Assembly: GCA_900617105.1 (NCBI GenBank)
Contig: UYFQ01000162.1
Span: forward strand, 60,560 to 80,559
DNA: 20,000 bases
Source of the DNA: Hydrurus foetidus
Taxonomy: Eukaryota
Direction of reading: 5' to 3'
Positions 10,390 through 20,000 of this stretch are shown here, in pieces (within the stretch, counting starts at the first letter, position 1; each line of letters begins with the position of its first letter). Under the pieces are notes generated by a model. That model saw only the letters and a program-made list of their open reading frames with translations, did no database searches and had not been told where the DNA came from. A program made the translations under genes and the position numbers.

Positions 10390-12525
10390 GCTACGGCTAG
10401 CTGGCGTCAGAAGAGCTGAATTCAACTGTTCCGATTATCTGCCAGAAAAGAGCTGGCAGAAAGCACGGCTACTTTCAGAAGACCCAGAATTTTCAAGGAC
10501 CAGTGGATGACTCTCGCAGCCTGCGCACCGAAGACATGTTGCCTGTCTGAGAGCTCACACTCCAAGCGAATTCCTTCCGATTGTTGAGATATTGAAGTTG
10601 ACAAACTTGTTTCGGTATTGAATACAACTGAATCACCTCTGATCTGCTCCGATCTAACTCATTCGAACTTATAGCACCTGATCTATGTACTCGGATCAGG
10701 TGGGATCGCACTGCATTTGTCGGTCGGTCAGAACTGCCTAGCGAAATTAATATCTACCCTCTCTAAATTAGACTTAATCCATAATTGTATAATTTCCACT
10801 GGAGTCTCTTTCGACATTGAAGTAAATGAGTCTTCTTACCGGGCTCCTTACATAGAAATCAAAGCCGAAATAGATCGACCGAACTGCTTATTAACGTGGA
10901 AAATTTCGCGCAGACGGCTTTCTTCATGCAGTAACTTCCTAATATACCAGAAACTACATTGGATGACGAGACATGGATCCATCAAAATCAACGGCATCAT
11001 ATGAAACGCCGTGACTCAGAGGAGCAAAACCATGCCCGAGATTTTCAATGCCCCATGAAAGCAGCAACGCAGTTGCCCAAGCGAAATCAGCATCGAACCA
11101 TCTACCGATTGAATAATCTCAATCTGCAATTGAGGAGTTACCCGGCCAGTATAGTTCTTCCCGCCAAAAATTGGTGGAAGTGCGTACGTTTTCGGTTCAG
11201 GTGCGCCAAATAATTCAAATTATTTCAAATTTGAAAAATTGTGACATCTCTGACGTCTGACATTCTTGTGTGCTCCAGCATCCAGCCCATTACTGTATGA
11301 TGTGGTACTGAACTAATCCTAAATCTGCTACGTCTTGCAAGAAGAATATGACGTCAGAAGTCGAGTAGCCATTAATCTCTGAGAATCGTATTTACTTGAA
11401 GTCCAACATTGACTTCTGACATCGACCATGTTCTTCTGTTGGAATGCTATCACAAAACGACAACAACAAAGTAAGCTTTTACGATTTCATCATAATAGGC
11501 GCTCGCAAATAGCCTGAAGGAGCTGTTTTGCTGCGCCTGCTGATTTCCTTTACTTGTCACTGCATTTCTACACAGTTTAATTGTGGAGAGAATTTGTAAG
11601 AGCTGCGCCGCGAATAGGGGTGAAAACAGTATGTGAGCTCTGTAAAATAAGCAGAGATTGGTCATGACGGAGACACTGAAAGATCGTTATCTTTCTGACA
11701 AAACACTCAAAAGGAGCTTATAAATTATTGAACATTGTAAATTGTAAGGCAGCTCCGCAGATTGGCAGGTTGGCGGGTTGGCAGTTTAAAAAACATGACC
11801 TTTGGGGCTAGCGTCAGAGTGTACGTACACAGCACCTCCAGAAAAGAGTGTTGTGTTATGTTTGGATATTCGCAGTTGAATTTTCATCAATGATGCGTCA
11901 AACTGGGAATATCACTGGAGTTCAGTCCATAACCGCCAGTTGTTGTAGCATCGAGACTGCGGCGACAGTAAACCACCTATCGGCATTCGTGTCATACCTC
12001 TGTCGCGCAGTCATAGCTGAGGCGCTGATTTCAAGTTCTCAGGATGTCGAACTTGGTCGATCGACTGGGCAACACACCAACTTTGACCGCTGCTTCAAAA
12101 CGACGGTATCATATTTGAGATCGCACTCCTCCAGCTTATCTAACTTCTTAATGTCTCAAGTTATTCTTCTTCATCAGACTTCGTCGGGACGGACGCCGAG
12201 CTGTCGAAGATAGTGATCGTGTGAGAGCTTCCTTGCATGCACCTGATCCGAAGTTGGCGACACGGAATCCCACACGAGTTCTGCCAGATGTCGCAGGTAA
12301 CATTGAATTTGATCGACATCTGATGTTGTATCGAAGGCAAGTATTCTAAATCGCAGCTGCAACATTTCTCCCAAGGATTTACTTCCTTGTCGAAAAACGA
12401 GATCAAGAGAGACACCAGGGAAATCGAAAAGCGCTCTGGACTGATGGTGCGTTGACCTGATTGTCATTTCCGAAATTATTTATTATTGAAGTGTGATGTA
12501 CTTTATTGTGTTCCTGTCTCCGAAA

Positions 12526-15138
12526 ATGATTCCAACCACTCCTTGCTTACCATTGACACAGTCTGTAATTGAGAGTGATTCTGAGGACGATGGGGACAGT
12601 TTCGTGCGCAAGTCGATGCATCCCCCATGCCCAGCCGAGTCCACTGTATACAAGAAGAGACGCAGATACATAACATGGAACTCGAAGCCAGCTATCATGG
12701 CTTCCGATTTGCAAAAATGTAAAGCAGTTGCTGCGAAGTCTAGAGAAGAGTTCTCAAGTCTCGAGAGGGATGAAGAGAGGTGGGCAGAATGCTTCGAAAT
12801 AGCCCGTCATCGGCTGAATGCGTCTCTAGCGAGTTGTCAAGAGAAGAACAATCGCCTTCGTCTCGAGGCGAAGCACTTGTACGAGCTGGTCGTGTTGGAG
12901 TGCGGACCTGGACTATCTTCTAGGAAGAGAAGGGCTTCCCAGATGAGGGACATTCTCGAAGAACTCCACGATCGTCAGATGCAGCTGCAAGGCAACATAG
13001 ACGAGTACAGAGAGGTCGTTGGTGGGTGCGAGGATGTTGCAAAGGTGGACAATGCGTCTAACGGGTCGTGTGCTGTCCGGTGTGTTCCTGTTATAAACAT
13101 GACCATTGACGAGTTAGACTATCCAGAAGATGCGATGATATGGAAGGGACCAGCAACTAATGCATTTGATGCAAAGAAGAAAGTGGCACCAACAGAGAAT
13201 TCTATTGTTCCTGTTCCTAAGGTATCCGGAATGCAATCCCGAAGGGACTTAGGAGCAAAGAACATTCCTCGAAGCAGAGCAGCCGCTATTGAGGGAGAGG
13301 AAGATAGGAATGGAGATATGGATCAAGATGATGGGGATGATAGCGATGGAGTAGGAGGGGGCGCAGGAATGGTAGCAGAGTTCTGTGCCATGTTTGCTGC
13401 AGTCGATGGATGTGTTCGTCTTGGCGAAGCTTCTTTGGCTGATCTCGATCCCTTCTTCTCTGATGATGAAGCGGAAGATGGTGTGCTGGTCGCTACTAAA
13501 GGAGGAGTGAAAGGCAGTGGATTAGCGAAGGCCACTTCAGCCAGTGCTAAAGCTACAGCAGTGCAGAGAGCCGCGACACTGAAGGCAGCAAGCACATGGG
13601 ACTCCTATGCAGAGTATCAGAAAGAATGCAAGCTAGCGGAGCCCTTTGCAGTGCCGAGAGATAAGAAGCAAGGAGGATGGGAGATGCACTGGGCACAATG
13701 CGTGGCAGATGCCAGTCAATGCCCAGACCTGCTCAAGTCTGGGTCAGCTGTTGGGCAAGTGGCAGTACCAAGGACGAGACTTGCGAGAGGCATCGGCAGT
13801 GGTGCTGTCACCCTGAGCGCGTTTGCCATTTCCAGAACACCCAGGGGAGTCCCTCTGATCATCTCTCCTTTGAGTCAGTTCGAAGACAGATATCTCGGAG
13901 CTGTTTGTGGGTCACTCACCGGTACCGGTGTTGGTGTTGGTGCGGCTTTCAGTGTATCACCTGCTGCTACTGCTACTGCTGTTGTCTCTGCTGCTGTACC
14001 TGCTGTGTCACAGACAGCGGCATCAGAGGCAGTTGCTAACTCTGGTGTGGGCTCCACCACACCAGCAGCTGTGCCATCTCCAGTAGCTGGTAGCAAAGTG
14101 TCCTCTGAGAAGAAAGCCGTGAATACTTTCTCTGTTGCAAGCACGTGCAAGGAGGAAGTTGCTAGGTGTGAGAGACAAGACGCAGTAGCAGTACACGTGG
14201 ATGTCATGTTACCTGCCAGCCTCATTGCAGCGGAAGATGCGGCACTTGAGAGATGTCGCCTGCAATCCCTTGCAGCAGCTGCTGAGAACAAGATTAAACG
14301 ACTGAGGGCGAGTAACATTGAGTGGTGTCGCCAAGCGTCTGAGACCAGTCAGTCCTTGCAGCGGTCAAAAGCACTGTTCTCCCAGGCACACAGAGAGGAT
14401 CTGATGGAGTCGAAGATGATCAGAAGGGAACTGATAGCCAGAGGCATTATCACTGCTAAGGATACCGATCCTCCTCTCTCACCGGTAGGAGAGTACCTAC
14501 CTGCAGTGCCGTTACATGCTGTGGGGAAGGGGAAAGGGGGAGGGGGGCCGGTCAACAGGAAGGGTGTAAGGAGTATCCGTGGACTGAACTTCGCAGTAGC
14601 CAATGCAGCCATGCAGTCTAGTTCACCTACTCCCCCTCCATTCATCAGTCAATTCTCAGGCAGTGCAAAACCTCTCGTTACAGTTCTAACCGCGGAAGTC
14701 ATGGCCAGATTATTAGAAGGTGTGGCAGATGATGAAGGAGGTAGTCTGGTAGATGACGTCTCTGTGGTGGATCAAGAGGACATGGAGGGGGAGGGAGAAG
14801 GCGATGCTAATGGCCTCACATCCTCTCAAGACCCCTCTCATGCAAAGGGAAAAGAAAAAGCAAAAACAAGAGCAGTGAAGAGCAAGACAGTGGTGAAAGG
14901 AAAGGAGGAAGAAGTGGAAGTGCAGCTTGATTCCCCAGCCAACGAGGAAGAAGAGGCGAGTGCGATTGATTCACAGAGCAACTTAGGGGACTCCCCCATG
15001 AACAATGGGAGCAAGAAGAGAGGAAAGACTGTCCCTGTTGGAGGCGCTGTGTTGGAAGGAACAACAGCGATAACCACTGCTGCAGCCGCGAAAAGGAGAG
15101 GCAATGCTGCGGCCAGCAGTGCTGCCAGACGGCGGTGA
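12526..15138 (+). CDS. Hypothetical intronless protein (~870 aa) with coiled coils, low-complexity tracts and basic NLS-like clusters
   Basis: 2.6-kb uninterrupted frame; ATG at 12526 in AAAATG context (alternative ATG 12496); acidic and Ala/Ser/Val-rich tracts; KKRRR, RKRR, KKRGK, KRRG. No family recognised. Confidence 0.85.
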   Translation: MIPTTPCLPLTQSVIESDSEDDGDSFVRKSMHPPCPAESTVYKKRRRYITWNSKPAIMASDLQKCKAVAAKSREEFSSLERDEERWAECFEIARHRLNASLASCQEKNNRLRLEAKHLYELVVLECGPGLSSRKRRASQMRDILEELHDRQMQLQGNIDEYREVVGGCEDVAKVDNASNGSCAVRCVPVINMTIDELDYPEDAMIWKGPATNAFDAKKKVAPTENSIVPVPKVSGMQSRRDLGAKNIPRSRAAAIEGEEDRNGDMDQDDGDDSDGVGGGAGMVAEFCAMFAAVDGCVRLGEASLADLDPFFSDDEAEDGVLVATKGGVKGSGLAKATSASAKATAVQRAATLKAASTWDSYAEYQKECKLAEPFAVPRDKKQGGWEMHWAQCVADASQCPDLLKSGSAVGQVAVPRTRLARGIGSGAVTLSAFAISRTPRGVPLIISPLSQFEDRYLGAVCGSLTGTGVGVGAAFSVSPAATATAVVSAAVPAVSQTAASEAVANSGVGSTTPAAVPSPVAGSKVSSEKKAVNTFSVASTCKEEVARCERQDAVAVHVDVMLPASLIAAEDAALERCRLQSLAAAAENKIKRLRASNIEWCRQASETSQSLQRSKALFSQAHREDLMESKMIRRELIARGIITAKDTDPPLSPVGEYLPAVPLHAVGKGKGGGGPVNRKGVRSIRGLNFAVANAAMQSSSPTPPPFISQFSGSAKPLVTVLTAEVMARLLEGVADDEGGSLVDDVSVVDQEDMEGEGEGDANGLTSSQDPSHAKGKEKAKTRAVKSKTVVKGKEEEVEVQLDSPANEEEEASAIDSQSNLGDSPMNNGSKKRGKTVPVGGAVLEGTTAITTAAAAKRRGNAAASSAARRR

Positions 15139-16963
15139 TGTTGTACTAAATATCTTTCAGCACGACAGATTGGACATACAGTATTCTACATCCCTCCTCG
15201 ACGCCACTCCACTCCCCCCACAGACACACGCACACACTCACACACCAGTCTGAGTGCTGTATATGTCCCATCACCCCGCCCGCCCTCCACAACGCTCCCC
15301 TTCCCCCGCATCTGAGAACCATTCATCAAATTAGATGCTACAACTATATTTATTGTACGGCTACGACGCAGTGTCGAAGATCGTTAGCAAGTTGAACATG
15401 TAAAATATTAGAGCACTCGTTTAGTAGCTCGCAAAGGGTACTGCGAGAATTACATACGCACATAATCGGTATGATACATTTGATCGAAGAATTGTCAATA
15501 GATAGGGCGAATGAGAACGTTACAATTTTCCACTCCTTGCCAATAGCACACATGTACACATACACATACATATCCGCATACGGGTACTACCAATGACGAG
15601 AGAGAAAGGAGGTGTATCGTTTGCAATGCGACAGCAGAATTGAAGAGGAATCTAAAATCTTTTTGTCTGATTGGCCAGACATTAAGTACATGTAATGTTC
15701 TTTTGTACGTCAATTAACACTAGCTTATTATTCAAATCACCGCGTATTTTAATTCTGCCTGTCCTAAGTGCAGCCACGTACCTACCCCTCATGTGGTGTC
15801 ACTTGTTGAAGTTGTCACGAAAACGTCAATTAAGTCTCCGTCCCCGCAGTGACTATCGGGAAAGAGAGAGCGCATGTTGCGGAAGAGGGTGGAGGAGGTT
15901 TCGATCACCAACATCTAATGGGTGAGTGTCCACAAGCAGAAAGGAGAAAGGAAGCAAGATCAGATCCCCACGATACTACATGTACAGCGCCATCCGAGTG
16001 GAGTGGAGCGAAATTTCGGAATTAAACGTCACAGCTCAAGAGCTCTGATACGAAGGAGATTGATTGTCCTGTCTCTGAATGACAACCGATTCAACCGTAC
16101 GTTCTTACACTTCGTCAGGACAGACCAGGATAGTACGGAGCGATTACAGATGAACCTACAGTCAAGCCCGAAGCTAGCGAACTAGATATGCAGTGATTGT
16201 TCGTGCACTCAGACTGTGCGCCGTTGAGTTGGAATGTGCGAGTTTAGTACTCTTGCAGTGTGGAATTGTCTTCAGTCTCTCTAATAATTTTGAGCTCTTT
16301 TGGTTTGCCCTTGATTGATGCCTCTCCGAAAAACTTTGATTGATTTCCTGACTCGAGATTGGTTGCAGCTGTGATATCTGTTTTTGAGATTCTACAGAGA
16401 CGTAAGATTGTCCCATTCATGAGTTTAGCTGCTGGAACGGGAAGTCCATAAGAATTCCTTCGGAAAGCGTGCGTATGCGCAGTGCATTATGACTTACAAA
16501 AAGATTTATGATGGGAGGTCACAGACATCGCAGTGTATGTAAAATCAATGAGGATGTGTTACACTGTACTGCACTGCGGTCCATTTTCAAAGGGTTGACG
16601 GCAACAATCGCCTATGTGCGTTGCTACATACACCGCTGCTCTAATTCACGATCTCCACGCGAAGTACGGCTCGGGCTTGAATACAATCTAAACATTATCT
16701 TAACCTCTCAGTCTCAGTTTCAACTATATAACTGTGCCTCCACATGTACCAGCCTCAGTCTCGAGGATGGCTATGGTGTTGCTATTGCTTCTCGTCTTGT
16801 TCTGATTAAACGAGTACGGTCTGGAGAGGGTCCCTTGAATGGACGTCTCAACAGGATTTGTTGGCTAACCGCTCATCCTAGCCTGTCCTCATTCATCAGA
16901 GATGGAAGGGTTGTGGTATCTCACAGGAGATTTCCAACGCAGGGTAGATCAGGGCGAGTGCAC

Positions 16964-18328
16964 TTACTCTTGCTTTAGGCCTGCTGATGGGGCAGCAGTG
17001 ACGCCAGCTGCTGGGACTCCAGCCTTGGGTGCTCTGTGAGATTTGAAGCCGAACTCCACGAAGTATTTGTGCGTTCGGTAGACGAAGTCGTACGTGTTCT
17101 CGCTCTTGTACATCCACCCCAGTCCACTCTTGTTCATGTATTGCTTGATGGCCTTTGTCGCGATTGGAAGGTTATAGTGGGGGATCTTCGTGAAGAACAG
17201 GTGGTGTGCCACATGTCCGTCTGAGAGTGTTTGTCAAGTGGTGGGGTTGGATCAGTAAGTTAGGTGACATGGAGTAGACAGTGTATAGATGGTTTGCGGT
17301 CTTACCTGTGATGTGGTGGTGGAGAGTGTCAATGCCGAAGCCGAATGTCCTGTCGACAGTCTCGAATGCGGAATCAACAAATTTCCAGTCGTCGTCATCA
17401 TAGACTACGGTGTCAGGGTTGTGGTGTTGGAGATACGTCACAGCTACAAGCCACCAGCCGAGCATTACCCATGGTGCGCCGTAGTAATATGCGACATTCT
17501 TTAGGTCCTGTCCGCAAGCTAGGTATATAACAGTTGCCCATGCAATAAGACTGACAGTGCTTATTATGCATTTGGTGTACTCTGAGGTGGGTGACTCTTT
17601 CCATAACCGTTGACTTGACCAGGGGAAGAAATGAGATCCGTCAGGCATGCCGTAAAGGTAAATAGCCCATCCATAGAAAGGAAATAGGAAGCGAAGAATG
17701 CCCGCTTTGTGCATTAGACGTGCGGCTCCCTCGTCTTCTCTGTCAAGTCTGTCAGGTGTGTACCATGGGTGTGAGTAGTCCTTGTCGATGTGATTGTGGT
17801 ACATGTGATGGCGTCTGTGTGACAGCTGAGTTGGGTAAAAGACAGTGTTAGAGGGCAGTTATGTAAAACTGTGCAGTTGAGCAAGCCTGTTGCGGGGTTG
17901 TTGTTTTGGCAACCTGTTCCTACCTGCCAAGAGTAAAATGGAACCATTATGCTGCCATGGCTTATGTGGCCGAAAATATCGTTAACCAACTCGGAGTCGG
18001 CAAATGTTCCGTGTCCGCAGTCATGACCGGTAATAAAAATGCACCACATTAGAAATCCGGCGACATTCCAGAAGATCACAGATGCCAAAGTTTGTTGCCA
18101 GTACGGTAGAGTCGCCCACATGTCGGATTTGGTAAAGGTGTAAATTGCGAAGATCGATCCCGCCCACATAGCGTAGTCGACCAGCATGTAGTATATTCCT
18201 TTCCATACTGATTTTTGGAAAGCTTCCTCTGGGATTTCTTTCTTGAGGGTATTTAGTTGAAGAGCCTTCATGGCTACTTTTCTTTCGACATTCTCCATGC
18301 TTCCATTTGCGACTACCTGGGGAGCCAT
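16964..18328 (-). CDS. Membrane fatty acid desaturase of the omega-3/omega-6 family, most like omega-3 (FAD3/DesB type), 393 aa
   Basis: Exons 18328-17924, 17825-17306, 17220-16964 (1182 nt, GT-AG). Histidine boxes HDCGH, HRRHH and HVAHH, the last two joined in frame by splicing; also VTYLQHH, TVDRTFG and KIPHYNL. No cytochrome b5 domain or obvious presequence. Confidence 0.95.
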
Positions 18329-18628
18329 GTTTTCGTTGATATGGTTGTGCCGGATAGCGAGCTGCGCAATGAAACTTGCTGGGGTTTCAAGAGATGAGCA
18401 ATTGATTGTATGACGTGTGTGGATACGTTGCTCTGGTATGTCTGGAGCTCAGCCAAAAGGTCTCCGTCGACAACCCACAAAAAGGGAAAGCTTGAAACAC
18501 GCTTTTCGCGTATCCTTTCATGTCGTCATCTTCTTGTTCCGAAAATGTGGAAACAGCGGCAAAACCACCTCAGAAAAGAAATTCACGAATAACTCGTTAA
18601 AACAGTGATTTTGGCTGATATCTTTTAT

Positions 18629-20000
18629 TGTGGGGGGGCGCGTATCAACGTGCCTTGTGGGGGATAAAGCCCCAACCTGGATTTGGATACGGAATACAGA
18701 ATGTGCATACCGGATAACAGTAATTCAATGTCCAACATTTCTGAGTTGAATGCTTGTGAACACAGGATGTGTAGTGCAATAGTGCAAAAAAATTGAGTAT
18801 AAGATTATATTTTTGATTATAATTACTTGAGAGTTTTCTATTATTTCATTTCTAGTTTAAGACAATTTAATTAATGAATTATTGACACATTATGTTATAT
18901 TTGATCCAAATTATTGACAGTTTCACGCGATGGTACTTGTGGTCTTTCTTCTATTCTACATGTTCTTGTGGTGTTTCTTCATTTTGTTCTTGTGTTGTTC
19001 CGACTGAAGAAGATGTTATTAAAACATGTGCAGGTTTTGTCAAGTCATGCAATATTCTATCAGTACGTGCCTTGAATTCATTAAAGGTTTCATGTAATAG
19101 TGGTATTCTTGCATTTTTAAGTGCCGCATGCATAAAGTTTAATATGTGAAAGCCACAGTCAGTATTAAGTTCCAAATTTTGGAATTTGTCTGCTGCGTTT
19201 AAGGTATCGTATCTCCAGTCTGATTCCGGAATTTCCGGATAGTAGTACCGTAGAAATGAAACTGTATCCTCCACACATCTGACTGGCAGATTGTTATTAT
19301 CCAAGCTATCGCACATCATTATTTGTTTGTATTTTAATGAGATTACAACGAGGATCCAGTGTCCGTCTGATTGGATTGGGAACATAATCTGTGATAACGT
19401 TATCGCGTAAGAAATCAGAAATTAGCTTGAATTGTCAATTGATTATTTATCGAGGAACATTCTGATTTATTATCGTACCTTTTGAAAATTTTTAAAATCT
19501 TCTTTTTCGGGAAATGTCCAATTACGGTTGTGCATCTAATTTCATTTTCTTCGTCGTAAGGTTTTATTAGCGGATATTTTGGTATTAATTCACCATATTC
19601 TTCTGTACCCGTTGGCTGTTGTAATTGTGGTGCATTGAATTCATCCGTTTCTTGTACTACGTATCTAAGTGCCATTATATAAAAATCTACATTTAATATC
19701 ATAACGTCTGTTATTTTCGCCAATTTTTGTTTGTGATTTAAATGATTTATATATAAATCGATTTCGTCACTCACAAGCTCTTCGTCTGTTCTTACTTTAG
19801 CAATTCTTGTTAAGTTTTGCCCACGACCAATCCTTGGCTGGCTTGCGGAACTGAAAAATGTTGTTACCGGAATTGTGCATGTATTCCTGTTTCTTAACGT
19901 AATTGTTATATTGTATGGGTTAAATTTTGTTTTTGTTTGCCTAGGTCTATTTACACTTTGCTTATTACTTTTTGTTACTTCTTCTAATGTTGTTATCGTA
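18629..20000 (-). mobile_element. Putative end of an Ulp1-carrying mobile element
   Basis: Visible switch to AT-rich sequence and A/T-ending codons relative to neighbouring genes; divergent Ulp1 domain; candidate boundary TGTGGGGGGG at 18629. No transposase or second terminus inside the window. Confidence 0.4.
18951..20000 (-). CDS. Ulp1/SENP-like cysteine peptidase (C48, clan CE) C-terminal domain; 5'-partial, spliced, with one frame disruption
   Basis: Catalytic motifs GHWILVVI, CDSL and Q-x6-DCG in 19388-18951. Upstream frame is open from 19999 and contains LVSDEIDLYINHL and ILNVDFY. A GT-AG intron at 19478-19389 joins RNWTFPEKEDFKNFQK to IMFPI, but that peptide is out of frame with the upstream ORF near 19535. 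Confidence 0.8.

Noticed and set aside
10675..10702. 9-bp inverted repeat CACCTGATC/GATCAGGTG
   Set aside because: Short and isolated; plausible by chance.
11340..11494. SECIS, TPP riboswitch or C/D snoRNA reading of the hairpin region
   Set aside because: SECIS quartet geometry and apical AA do not fit, the TPP core is incomplete, and I see no terminal stem or recognisable rRNA guide.
11856..12467. Minus-strand frame interrupted only by TGA codons (selenoprotein or recoding idea)
   Set aside because: Translation is not recognisably protein-like, and TGA is a normal stop in neighbouring genes.
13323..15104. Antisense and alternate-frame ORFs over the orphan gene
   Set aside because: Shadow frames of a low-complexity coding region.
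15139..16963. Short ORFs between the convergent genes
   Set aside because: No motifs or consistent exon chain; likely UTR or intergenic sequence.
18411..18416. TGACGT aureochrome/bZIP-like site upstream of the desaturase (also at 11251 and 11349)
   Set aside because: A hexamer is expected several times by chance in 20 kb.

Overview
Intron-containing eukaryotic nuclear DNA, probably a flagellated ochrophyte/stramenopile (inferred from a bipartite plastid-type presequence and a centriolar-type gene). Left to right: a duplicated repeat unit (1-250 / 672-920); a 13-exon minus-strand coiled-coil gene resembling CEP131/AZI1 (1027-6339) with one apparent frameshift; head-to-head with it, a 4-exon fused PabA-PabB aminodeoxychorismate synthase (6958-10389); about 2 kb with no convincing CDS but an E2F/CHR-like motif cluster and a long hairpin; an intronless ~870-aa orphan ORF (12526-15138); a 3-exon omega-3-type fatty acid desaturase (16964-18328, minus); and an AT-rich segment from ~18630 past the window end encoding a spliced Ulp1/C48 peptidase domain, probably the end of a protease-carrying mobile element. 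Exon models were built by hand from GT-AG sites and frame continuity, and family calls rest on recalled motifs, not database searches. No clearly new biological system is demonstrable. The Ulp1 element, the orphan ORF with its upstream region and the ADCS intron-3 frame are the best leads.
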